Shown here one piece after another: positions 29,239-38,138 of a stretch of 46,412 nucleotides of DNA. The notes under the pieces were generated by a model, which was not told where the DNA came from, made no database searches, and was given only the letters and a program-made list of their open reading frames with translations. The stretch is from an uncultured Mailhella sp. (GTDB lineage Bacteria; Desulfobacterota; Desulfovibrionia; Desulfovibrionales; Desulfovibrionaceae). Within the stretch, counting starts at the first letter, position 1. Each line of letters opens with the position of its first letter. The position numbers and the translations under genes were made by a program. Where the stretch lies: the NCBI GenBank assembly GCA_910579055.1, contig CAJTSU010000008.1, positions 1 to 46,412 of the forward strand, written 5' to 3'.

Positions 29239-30399
29239 TTATGGCAGCACTTTGCCGATCGAGCTTCCAAAGTCTAATGCACTGTCCGGTACAACGGATT
29301 CCCCAGGTACAGTACTTGTTTCCGGGTTAGCGGCCGCCCAGGCAAACCAGAACGCATAAATCCCAAATTTTTCCACCATGGACGCGCCTTGCAGATTGCC
29401 TTGCACACAGCGACCTTGAGCATTCCATACGCTCCGGGTCACGATGTCCTGAATTTGACCGTCTCGCCAGGCAAAAAGAGCAGGGGGCTTGCCGTCCCAA
29501 ATGCTGCGCATAAAAATACGCGCTACATCAAGCTCCGCATCATATATAGCTACCAAAGGCACCAGACCGGAAAAGAAGTTTACTACTTTTTGCTTGCGCA
29601 CATAGTTGATATCAATTCCAACAAGATTTTTGTCAATTTCAAGACCAATGATTTGGGTCTTCGGATACATGCGCGTGTCGAGATATTTAAGGGGATACAA
29701 AATACGTTCGTCATTATAATAGTTATCTTCAGGAATAAGATAAGAACCGTACGGATCTCGATTGTAATTTCGAAATCCTCCACGCGGTGTCTGCATTACT
29801 TTGACGTTTTCTACATCACGATAGACTTCTCGTGCATATTTCCAGCGTGTCCAGTAACACGGCAGAATGTTTAATCCTGTCCCTTTCAACGGACCGTCAA
29901 AAGCCATCCCCCATATTTGAGACCACAAACTACCTGTATTACGATCAATTAGGGTGGTATTGCTATTAAAAAGACGCCCATCCGCATCGAAAATAAGATT
30001 CTGCTGGTCTGCTCTGGCATAATACACAGCAAGAGAGCCGCTGAGGGGAGAATAGGAAATGCAATATGGTTCCCCCTTAATGACCTCGTTTACCACTTCA
30101 TGCCAGACTAACACTTTTTGCGGGTAAATATGTACGGCATCGGGCAGAGGGACGATAAAAACAGGGTCATCTGGTTCAAGGCTCATCAGAGCCTCATTCA
30201 TGGGCAGAATGGTATAAGTATTAATGGAAGGGATATCCCCATGGACGATCCCTGTCTGTGTCAGTTCATCAGGAATATCTTTCAGCTCGGCCAAACTGCG
30301 TGGCAACGCGGAGGCAGTTAATGGGTTCAAAAAGACGGCTGTCAGACAGATAGCCACAACAAAAATTTTGGATTGTTTCATCATGCTTGTGAGTCTCAT
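29239..30399 (-). CDS. DUF3179-family exported protein
   Basis: Signal peptide, IPSIN, YPQKVLVWHEVVN, GRLFNSN, DRNTGSLWSQ, Y.RDPYGSY and C-terminal FWFAWAAANPET. Confidence 0.85.
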   Translation of the reverse strand: MRLTSMMKQSKIFVVAICLTAVFLNPLTASALPRSLAELKDIPDELTQTGIVHGDIPSINTYTILPMNEALMSLEPDDPVFIVPLPDAVHIYPQKVLVWHEVVNEVIKGEPYCISYSPLSGSLAVYYARADQQNLIFDADGRLFNSNTTLIDRNTGSLWSQIWGMAFDGPLKGTGLNILPCYWTRWKYAREVYRDVENVKVMQTPRGGFRNYNRDPYGSYLIPEDNYYNDERILYPLKYLDTRMYPKTQIIGLEIDKNLVGIDINYVRKQKVVNFFSGLVPLVAIYDAELDVARIFMRSIWDGKPPALFAWRDGQIQDIVTRSVWNAQGRCVQGNLQGASMVEKFGIYAFWFAWAAANPETSTVPGESVVPDSALDFGSSIGKVLP

Positions 30400-30519
30400 G
30401 GCCTAATAAATAGCGCAAAGCCTGTGAGGGAGCAAGTTTGGTGATGACAACAAACGCGCATGGCAGGAGTGGGAGTTGAAAAAAATCAAGCGTGGTGTGA
30501 GTAAGTTTTTCTGGATAAA

Positions 30520-30547
30520 AGTTTACATAATTTACATTATGGGACAT
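30520..30547 (-). other. dif: dif site (XerC/XerD chromosome dimer resolution site)
   Basis: The minus strand reads ATGTCCCATAA-TGTAAA-TTATGTAAACT, an 11-6-11 layout. It aligns with E. coli dif (GGTGCGCATAA-TGTATA-TTATGTTAAAT) and is intergenic. Confidence 0.85.
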
Positions 30548-30730
30548 TAATAGATTAATTGTTCGCTGTGTCCTGACCCTGTTTTTAGTTTCCTATGAGC
30601 TGACTTTCGATGACTACGCCGAACATGATCGCAACCTCTGTCTGAATCCCCCCCTCACTTCATATTTGGCTTGCTCGCACTGATCAACTTTTAGATGCGC
30701 CGCCCTCCATCTTTTGGTACAAGAAAAATA

Positions 30731-30748
30731 TGTACATAAATTTGTACA
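30731..30748 (+). promoter_or_regulatory. YefM-type operator (paired TGTACA palindromes)
   Basis: TGTACA at 30731 and 30743, 12 bp centre to centre, directly upstream of the yefM remnant and its AAGGAG RBS. Confidence 0.7.
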
Positions 30749-30765
30749 AGAAAGGAGAATTTTAC

Positions 30766-31020
30766 ATGACACAGTAACCGTTTGACGCTATTACCTACAG
30801 CGAGGCCTGTCAGAATCGGAAACTATGACTATGGCCCGTGTATGCGCCGCTCATGCGCTGGTTATCATCACCCGGCAAAGGCCGATCCGGTCGTCATGCT
30901 CTCGCTGACCGATTACAACAGTCTTGCCGAAACCTGTTAGCTGAAAAGTCCGAAAAATGCTTTCCGTCTCCGTGCCGCGCTTGATGCCGTGGCAAAGGGA
31001 AACACTAGCCCTCGTGCTTT
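30766..31020 (+). pseudogene. yefM: Phd/YefM antitoxin pseudogene
   Basis: Frames stitch to MTQ*PFDAITYSEACQN / TMARVCAAHALVIITRQ / ADPVVMLSLTDYNSLAETC*LKSPKNAFRLRAALDAVAKG, with internal stops and frameshifts. No yoeB follows. Confidence 0.8.
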
Positions 31021-31190
31021 GTCTCCTGTCCGCATGCTTCTCAATGGCCATCTCGCCGTAGCGCTTTTTACGCGCCATTCGCACCAACAACTCCCGCTTG
31101 ATGGATTGGTTACACGTTCATCATAGAACGCCCTTTCTTCTTTAAGGAATTATTGTCAGATCAGGTCGAAACCAGTATTCCGTTCATAAA

Positions 31191-32545
31191 GGTAGTGTAA
31201 GGAAAGTTTCGCACATTTGGAAAATGGAGGTGGCTCCTCAAATCGGTTAGAGTTTTGTTGGCAAACGAACCCATCCGAAAAAAAGGAGCCACGTCATGGA
31301 GAGTAGCAGGGACTTCGGGAAAAAGGAAGGACGAGTTATCCAGGTCAACGAGGGAGAACTCAAAAAGCATGTGTCGGAAATTGTTCGGGAAAGCGTGGAA
31401 GACACCTTGAACAGCCTGCTGGAGGCAGAGGCCGACAGTCTCTGCCAGGCAAGGCGGTATGAGCGGAACGCGGAACGGGCCAGTACCCGGGCAGGGCATT
31501 ATACGAGGAGTTTGCAGACCACTTCCGGCGAAGTGAAACTGAAGGTCCCCAAGCTTCGCAATCTGCCTTTCGAAACAGCCATTATCGAACGGTACAGGAG
31601 GCGGGAAAGCTCTGTGGAAGAGGCCCTGGTCGAAATGTATCTGGCCGGTGTTTCCGTTCGCCGTGTGGAAGATATCACCGAGGCCCTTTGGGGCAGCAGG
31701 GTCAGTTCCAGCACCATCAGTGAGCTGAATCAGAAGATTTACAAGAACATCGAAGAATGGAGAAACAGTCCTCTGGAGAGCATGTATCCCTATATGTTTG
31801 TGGATGGGATATGGCTCAAGCGGTCATGGGGAGGCGTTGTCCAGTCGGTGTCGGTCCTTGTCGCCATCGGGGTCAACAAGGAAGGGTATCGTGAAATCCT
31901 CGGCGTAGCGGAAGGCAGTCGTGAAGATGAGGAAAGCTGGAGGGCCTTTTTTCGCTATTTGAAGCAGCGTGGCCTTCAGCGCATTCGGCTTATTGTCTCG
32001 GACAAGAGTACGGGGCTGCTGGACGCCATAGGAGATTTTTTCCCGGAAAGCCGCTGGCAGCGCTGTGTGGTACACTTCTACAGGAATGTGTTGAATGCTG
32101 TTCCTGCGGGAAAATCCAAAGCTGTGTCCACCATGCTGAAGGCTATCCACGCACAAGAGGATAAAGAAGCTGCCCAGCAAAAGGCAGAACAGATTTTCGC
32201 CAAGCTCAAGGCGCTTCGCCTGGAGAAGGCAGCTCGCATCCTCCAGGCCGGAGCCGGGGAAACGTTCTCTTTCTATGAGTTTCCGTCCAATCACTGGCGT
32301 CATATCCGAACCAATAACCCTTTGGAACGACTTAACCGGGAAATTCGACGACGCACAAGAGTGGTGGGGAACTTTCCTGACGGTCAGTCAGCCCTGATGC
32401 TGGTCGCGGCCCGTCTGAGATACCTCTCAGGGAAAAAATGGGGACTGGAACGGTATATCAACATGAAAACGTTTACCGAACTCGACTGAGGGAAGAGTCT
32501 AACCGATTGAGCCACTTAATTGTGCGAAAAATTCTGGACGTTACC
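31191..32545 (+). mobile_element. IS256-family insertion sequence
   Basis: Imperfect TIRs GGTAGTGTAAGGAAAGTTTCGCACATTT and AATTGTGCGAAAAATTCTGGACGTTACC around the transposase. No flanking target duplication. Confidence 0.88.
31296..32489 (+). CDS. IS256-family (Mutator-type) DDE transposase
   Basis: Motifs RAGHYTR, VPKLR, EMYLAGVSVRRV, FVDG, VSD, WQRCVVHFYRN and TNNPLERLNREIRRR. Confidence 0.95.
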   Translation: MESSRDFGKKEGRVIQVNEGELKKHVSEIVRESVEDTLNSLLEAEADSLCQARRYERNAERASTRAGHYTRSLQTTSGEVKLKVPKLRNLPFETAIIERYRRRESSVEEALVEMYLAGVSVRRVEDITEALWGSRVSSSTISELNQKIYKNIEEWRNSPLESMYPYMFVDGIWLKRSWGGVVQSVSVLVAIGVNKEGYREILGVAEGSREDEESWRAFFRYLKQRGLQRIRLIVSDKSTGLLDAIGDFFPESRWQRCVVHFYRNVLNAVPAGKSKAVSTMLKAIHAQEDKEAAQQKAEQIFAKLKALRLEKAARILQAGAGETFSFYEFPSNHWRHIRTNNPLERLNREIRRRTRVVGNFPDGQSALMLVAARLRYLSGKKWGLERYINMKTFTELD

Positions 32546-32808
32546 CCGTGTGGCGCTGTTTTACCAGACAAAGCGCATAGCTGGGAACGCCTGTTTTATC
32601 AGGATAACTGGTACTGCCGGGGAGCGTCATCCATTCGCTCCTTATCTCCCAGGCTCACAGGACAGAGCCTTCGGCATCATCCTGTCCAGATTTCGCCAGT
32701 ATCCGGTGCACGCTATATCAAAAAGGGAAAGGTGTCGCTCATGGGTACTCTTGGCAGGGATTGAGGGAATCATGACGGCTGAACAGAGACTTGGCAAGTG
32801 ACGCGTCA

Positions 32809-34002
32809 CTATCGGCTGTTGCCGTCGTCTCCGTCTGGTTGCACGGAATCCGCCAGAAAATCCCCTACCAGACTGGCCGAGTTTTTCAGTGCGCTGTCCT
32901 CAAGGTGAGCATAACGTTGCGTCAGGGAGGGATCCTTGTGCGTCAGCAGCTTCTGTACATGGGAAAGCGGCACGCCATGGGAAACGGCCACGCTGGCAAA
33001 GGTGTGCCGCAGCCCGTGCAGGGGGCGGAAATCTGCTGGAAGATTGGCCGCCTTTTTGATGGCGTTGACCTGCTTGTTGATGTCCGTCATGCGGCTCACG
33101 CCGTCCCTGCCGGGAAAAACATAGGCGCTGTCGTTGCCGCCGATTTCGGCCAGCAGTTCGCGTACCGGCTGGGTGAGCGGGATACGCTCGTCCCGGCTGC
33201 TCTTGGCCCCTTCCTGCTCCTCGCCTTTCAGCGTGATGAAGCCGCGCTCGAAGTCAATATGCGTCCACTTGAGACGAAAGAGTTCGCCGCGCCGCATGCC
33301 GGTATAATAGGCCATGAGCATGAATTGCCCTGCCTTGCGGTTGTGCGCGCTGCGGGCGGCCTCAATGAAACGGGCGCGCTCCTCGGCGGTGAGCATTTCG
33401 GTTTTGACATTGTTCAGACGCGGCATCTCAAAATGAAGTTGGGCGGGCGACTGCCAGGGGCATAGCCCCTTTTTGACGCCAAAATTGATGATGCGCCGCA
33501 GCAGCTCCAGCACATTCTTGACGGTTCCGGCTTTCTTCCCGGCTTTGGCGAGCCTGAGGCGCAGGGCATCCACGTCATGCGTGCTGACTTCATCCGGTGT
33601 GCGGCCGGCAAAGTCCTGCAGGTAGTTCTTGTAGCGATTCTCGTCCGTGACAATGCCCTTGAGATCAGGCTTGTTGGTCTTGTATGCCTCCCACAGCCGG
33701 GCGATGGTCCAACGCCCGGCAAGGGCCGCTTCCTGCTCGCGCCGGATGCGGCGACGCTCGGCATTGGGCAGACTGACGCCGTTCACACGCTGCTCGTGGA
33801 TCTTGGCGGCCTTGGCGGCGGTCATACGCTCGGATTCGCGGCCGACCTTTTCCTCAATCTTTTTCCCGTCCAGCCGGTACATGATATAGAAAATCTTGTC
33901 CGGCTTGCCGGTGGCGGTATCGTCTCTGGACTTGGCGCGAGGTTTTCCGAGCACATAAAACACGCCGATTTTTTCTGTCTGATGTCGCGCAAGTGAAGAC
34001 AT
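32809..34002 (-). CDS. Tyrosine recombinase / integrase with N-terminal arm-binding domain
   Basis: Catalytic motifs YTGMRRGEL (R), HGLRHTFAS (HxxR), LTH (H) and TQRYAH (Y). GGAG RBS before MSSLARHQ. Confidence 0.93.
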   Translation of the reverse strand: MSSLARHQTEKIGVFYVLGKPRAKSRDDTATGKPDKIFYIMYRLDGKKIEEKVGRESERMTAAKAAKIHEQRVNGVSLPNAERRRIRREQEAALAGRWTIARLWEAYKTNKPDLKGIVTDENRYKNYLQDFAGRTPDEVSTHDVDALRLRLAKAGKKAGTVKNVLELLRRIINFGVKKGLCPWQSPAQLHFEMPRLNNVKTEMLTAEERARFIEAARSAHNRKAGQFMLMAYYTGMRRGELFRLKWTHIDFERGFITLKGEEQEGAKSSRDERIPLTQPVRELLAEIGGNDSAYVFPGRDGVSRMTDINKQVNAIKKAANLPADFRPLHGLRHTFASVAVSHGVPLSHVQKLLTHKDPSLTQRYAHLEDSALKNSASLVGDFLADSVQPDGDDGNSR

Positions 34003-34175
34003 GGCAAGGACTCCCGATGGATTTCGCCCCTTTCTATTCCCACCATATTCCCACCACGTCAAGCCGAAAAATGCCGAAAAACAGCGAAGTTGACCGTATG
34101 CCTGCTTTTATATTAATTGAATAATAAGCAGTAGTTAGTAGAAAAATGAAAGAAATCGAAAACTATTCCCTCTGT

Positions 34176-34221
<46 letters not shown>

Positions 34222-34229
34222 AGAAATTC

Positions 34230-34271
34230 AGGCACTTATGGAATCATAACCATAAGTGCCTTTTCATTTTT
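34230..34271 (+). terminator. Hairpin/terminator downstream of the tRNA fragment
   Basis: AGGCACTTATGG-AATCATAA-CCATAAGTGCCT followed by TTTCATTTTT. Confidence 0.75.
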
Positions 34272-34485
34272 CTAACCTATTTCTAACCAGAAGGGGAAAG
34301 TGGGAGATAGTGGATGGCGTGGATTGATGCGGACTCACTGGACTTGAAGAGGTTTGCGGCTCGGTATTCCGTATGTAGGAGGAGCATGGTGGGAAAAGGA
34401 AAATTTGCTCCCTGTGTTTCAGCTGGCCGGGGATGCCTCAAGGAACGTCCTAACTGCTTTCCTAACCATTTCCCCATTGTAGAGC

Positions 34486-35391
34486 CTACCCTTCCGGCGT
34501 CAAAAAATAGATGGGCGTCAGTGGTAATCTTTGCCATGCTTGATCGCTGAGGCGGGGGATATTATCCGTCCAGAGCTGGACAAGTTTGGCACTATCCACA
34601 AGCATGATACGTTTGCTTTCCTGACTGCGGGCATACGCCTCGGCATCCTTGGTGAATCCGCCAGTGCAGAAAAAAATGCCGCTGTCATGCTGACCGATAT
34701 TTGCCATAAAGGACTTCAGGTCGGGCTCTGTGACGGCTTTTTGCTGTTGCTTGACCTGTACCTTGATGCGCGGTCCCTGCGTACCCAGAGGATCGGTGTA
34801 GGCCAGAATATCCACGCCGCCGTCTTTGCCCGGAGGAGCAATCCAGGTCACGTGGTAGCCAATGGCTTTAAGCAGTTCAGCGACAAGCCTCTGGAAGGCA
34901 TAGGCGTCCATAGCGTGCAGGAAGGTGTCGATTTTTTCCTGTGCTTGTTCCTTCGCTTCCTCATAGGAGACACTGACGCTTTTGTCGCTTTCGTCTTCAA
35001 GGTCACTTTCTTCGGCGATGGGCGAATCAAGTCCAGTCTTGCTCTTTTTATGATCCTTGAGCCAGCACTGGTATATCTGTGCGGCTTTCTTGTGGAATTC
35101 CAATGGATCTTTATACAGCTTCAGGGCTTTCGCTCCTTCTCCGGTCAGCGTCCATATGCCGTCATTCTTGATGAGCCAGCCCGCGCGTACCGTATCTACA
35201 GTGGCAAAGCGCACAATTTTTTCAAAGCGTCGCCCGCTTTCATAGCTGCCCGCCTCATATTCTGTAAGCGTGACGGTAGCAGCCAGCGCCGCCAGGGCAT
35301 CCCTAGCTTTCATGCCGCCTGGGTACTTTTCAAGAATGCGGAAAAGGGCCTGTATCAGTTCCCCAAGACGCTTATTGGTGATTTGAGCCAT
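34486..35391 (-). CDS. mrr: Mrr-family type IV (modification-dependent) restriction endonuclease
   Basis: N-terminal winged-helix-like region (RFEKIVRFA...GIWTLTGEG) and Mrr_cat motifs FQRLVAELLKAIGY, DGGVDI, VQVK, FTKDA and LVD. Confidence 0.9.
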   Translation of the reverse strand: MAQITNKRLGELIQALFRILEKYPGGMKARDALAALAATVTLTEYEAGSYESGRRFEKIVRFATVDTVRAGWLIKNDGIWTLTGEGAKALKLYKDPLEFHKKAAQIYQCWLKDHKKSKTGLDSPIAEESDLEDESDKSVSVSYEEAKEQAQEKIDTFLHAMDAYAFQRLVAELLKAIGYHVTWIAPPGKDGGVDILAYTDPLGTQGPRIKVQVKQQQKAVTEPDLKSFMANIGQHDSGIFFCTGGFTKDAEAYARSQESKRIMLVDSAKLVQLWTDNIPRLSDQAWQRLPLTPIYFLTPEG

Positions 35392-35424
35392 GAGCTATTC
35401 CCTCGTAAAAGATAACGTGCTTTC

Positions 35425-37032
35425 CTATGGCAAGAGCGGCAAACCCAGCTCTTTCAAAAACGCATTGTGTTTTTCCGTGGCTGCTTTGATTTGCGCATCC
35501 ACCTCCAGCATTTTTTTATGAACATCGGCAAGGTCGATTTCCTTTTCCGGCATTGCCGTGCTGACGTATCTGGAAATATTCAGATTGTAGCCGTTTTTGG
35601 AAATTTCTTCCATGTCGACACATCTGGAATACCGTTCTTCTTCTGTGCGGAACTGATAGGTATCTACAATTTTTTTTATGTGGTCCGTGGACAGTCTGTT
35701 TTGCCGCTTGCCCTTGTCAAATTGCTCGGAGGCATTGATGAAGAGCACGTCATCAGATTTTTTACATTTTTTGAGCACAAGAATGCATACGGGAATGCCC
35801 GTGGAATAAAAAAGATTGGCGGGCAGGCCGATAATGGTGTCTATGTTGCCGTCTTCAAGCAGTTTGCGGCGGATGCGTTCCTCCGCACCGCCACGGAACA
35901 GTACGCCATGCGGCAGGATAACGGCCATAGTCCCTTCCCGCTTCAGGTAGTGGAAGCCGTGCAGCAAAAAGGCGAAGTCTGCGGCGGATTTCGGAGCCAG
36001 CCCATAATTTTTGAAACGCACATCTTCGCCCAGCGCCTCAGCGGGATTCCAGCGGTAACTGAAAGGTGGGTTGGCCACCACGGCATCGAAATAGGGCTTT
36101 TTTGCGGGATTGGTTTCGCGCAGCATGTCCCAGTCGTTGGTCAGCGTGTCGCCGTGGAATATCTCAAATTCCGAGTCTTTCACACCATGCAGCAACATGT
36201 TCATGCGCGCCAGGTTGTAGGTGGTGACGTTTTTTTCCTGACCGTAGATTTTGCCTATGCCTTGCGCTCCCATGCGCCTCCGTACATTGAGCAAAAGCGA
36301 GCCGGAGCCGCAGGCGAAATCAAGCACGCTGGCAAGATGCTTTTTGGGGCCTGTGCTGGGATCCTGGCTGTCCAGCGTCACTATCTCCGATAAAATGCTG
36401 GATATTTCATACGGGGTGTAGAATTCGCCGGCTTTTTTGCCGGAGCCTGCCGCGAATTTGTCGATCAGATATTCGTAGGCATCGCCCAGCGTATCGCCCT
36501 CACTGGAAAAGTTGGATAAGCCTTCGGCAATTTTCTTGATAATATCGCAAAGTTTTTCATTGCGCTCGGCGTAGCGCTTGCCAAGTTTTTCAGAAGTGAG
36601 ATTGATTTCTGAAAACAGTCCCTGAAAGGCACTGTCGAACGATTCATTTTCAATATATTTGAAGCCGTCCTGAAGGGTGTTCAGTAATTCCCCATCCTGC
36701 GTACGAGCCATTTCGGCAATACTACCCCAGAGATACTCCGGCTTGATGACGTAATGTACGCGACGACGCATAAGCTTTTCAAAGTCCGGCACATCATCCT
36801 GATTGGCGGCATACCAGATGCGCAAAGGCGTCACGCCGGGCTGTGTGCTGGCATCGGGGTACTCGTTTCCCAATTCCTTTTTGGCTGCGGCCTCATAATT
36901 GTCAGACAGGTAGCGCAAAAAGAGAAAGGCAAGCATATAGTCGCGGAAGTCGTCCGCGTCCATGGCTCCGCGCAGGGTATCGGCAATGCTCCAAAGGACA
37001 GCGCCCAGTTGTTTTTGATTTTGTTCGGTCAT
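35425..37032 (-). CDS. hsdM: Type I R-M m6A methyltransferase subunit
   Basis: Motifs LWSIADTLRGAM, GDAYEYLI, GEFYTP, DFACGSGSLL (motif I), NPPF (motif IV) and PHGVLFRGG. Confidence 0.96.
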   Translation of the reverse strand: MTEQNQKQLGAVLWSIADTLRGAMDADDFRDYMLAFLFLRYLSDNYEAAAKKELGNEYPDASTQPGVTPLRIWYAANQDDVPDFEKLMRRRVHYVIKPEYLWGSIAEMARTQDGELLNTLQDGFKYIENESFDSAFQGLFSEINLTSEKLGKRYAERNEKLCDIIKKIAEGLSNFSSEGDTLGDAYEYLIDKFAAGSGKKAGEFYTPYEISSILSEIVTLDSQDPSTGPKKHLASVLDFACGSGSLLLNVRRRMGAQGIGKIYGQEKNVTTYNLARMNMLLHGVKDSEFEIFHGDTLTNDWDMLRETNPAKKPYFDAVVANPPFSYRWNPAEALGEDVRFKNYGLAPKSAADFAFLLHGFHYLKREGTMAVILPHGVLFRGGAEERIRRKLLEDGNIDTIIGLPANLFYSTGIPVCILVLKKCKKSDDVLFINASEQFDKGKRQNRLSTDHIKKIVDTYQFRTEEERYSRCVDMEEISKNGYNLNISRYVSTAMPEKEIDLADVHKKMLEVDAQIKAATEKHNAFLKELGLPLLP

Positions 37033-38138
37033 GGCTGTTCCTTGGAGTTAGAGGTGCTGGCAATTTCTTTGGTGAGTTTGGGAATTTCAAATTGGTAGCG
37101 GTTCAGAAATGCCGTGAAAATACTTTTAAAAAGCTCTTTGGTGTCGTCCATCATCTCCCGAGGGGTATAGATGGAGTATTGGCCATGGCTCAAGAGATTG
37201 AGGGCGCGCGTATACAGCACTTCGTCATCAACTCCATGAATGCACGATGAAAAATCTTTGTAGCCAAAGAAGACGGCTGTTTTTTCCATAATACTGCGCA
37301 ACGCATTGAAATGATGCGTGTAGATGTGGTTACTCTCTACAGCATGCTGCAACTCGCTGAGCATGGCTACGTGATGGAAGAAGGGCGCTTCATCCGTTTT
37401 TTGCAGGGAGTACTTTTCACCTTGTGCCGTGCGGTAAAAGAAATAAGTGTTATATTTTGTACGTGAGCGCCTGAACTCATTCCACAGGACATTAAAAAAC
37501 AATCCATGATGGGAAGAAATGATGCACTTTATGGTATTTTCTGGTTTTTTTAGTGTATTGATGAGGTCTGTGGCCACGGCAATGGCGTTATTATCATCAA
37601 GAGATGATATGGGGTCATCAATATAGATATATTTCACCCATGCATAGGACTCGTGACCTTCAATGACAAGGGTGCAAATGGCAAGGAAAATACACCAGAT
37701 AAAGATATTCTCTTCGCCACGAGAAATCTTGATATTTTCTTCTTCGCCACGAGAAAACGAAATCAACCACTGTTCATAGTCAATCTTGAAGTCAAAATTT
37801 GCATAGCGTTCGAGATATGAAAAAATTTTTTCTTCCAACGCCAGCTCTTTAAAACCGGAAAAAAATCTGGAGGCGGTGTTAAGACGTAAGTAACGCTCCG
37901 TATCGTTTTCAAGATCATTGTCCCAGAAAAAGAGATCCTCGGTATAGGCGTTGAAATAGAGTGTGTCGCTGAAACCGTTTCTTTTTCCGGCATTCTTGAA
38001 TTCCATGGAAAGACGGGTTTTTCCTGTGCCGTTGTAGGCGAACAGCAATACATAATTTACGTTATTCAGGTCATCCCGCAGGCGCCTCACCAGTTGGGAC
38101 AGGGATAGAAATTCCCAGATTTTTCGTGAATCACTCAT
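37029..38138 (-). CDS. prrC: PrrC-family anticodon nuclease (ABC ATPase + HEPN)
   Basis: Walker A AYNGTGKTRLS, YFNAYTEDLFFWDND, PrrC box ISRGEENIFIW, Walker B IDDPISSLD, H-loop SSHH and HEPN RALNLLSH. It sits inside a type I hsd locus. Confidence 0.9.
   Translation of the reverse strand: MSDSRKIWEFLSLSQLVRRLRDDLNNVNYVLLFAYNGTGKTRLSMEFKNAGKRNGFSDTLYFNAYTEDLFFWDNDLENDTERYLRLNTASRFFSGFKELALEEKIFSYLERYANFDFKIDYEQWLISFSRGEEENIKISRGEENIFIWCIFLAICTLVIEGHESYAWVKYIYIDDPISSLDDNNAIAVATDLINTLKKPENTIKCIISSHHGLFFNVLWNEFRRSRTKYNTYFFYRTAQGEKYSLQKTDEAPFFHHVAMLSELQHAVESNHIYTHHFNALRSIMEKTAVFFGYKDFSSCIHGVDDEVLYTRALNLLSHGQYSIYTPREMMDDTKELFKSIFTAFLNRYQFEIPKLTKEIASTSNSKEQP

Noticed and set aside
28900..29277. 125-aa ORF, plus the N-terminal extensions of tpiA (to 22555) and the GAF gene (from 18863)
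   Set aside because: They read through MITE sequence and are most likely incidental open frames.
30590..31190. Other coding fragments around yefM (ELTFDDYAEHDRN on +, KRELLVRMARKKRYGEMAIEKH on -) and a yoeB toxin
   Set aside because: They are too short to assign, and no YoeB/RelE motif was recognised.
32546..32808. Gene between IS256 and the integrase
   Set aside because: The annotated ORFs start inside the IS, and the minus-strand frame I translated has several stops. It is probably debris with no assignable family.
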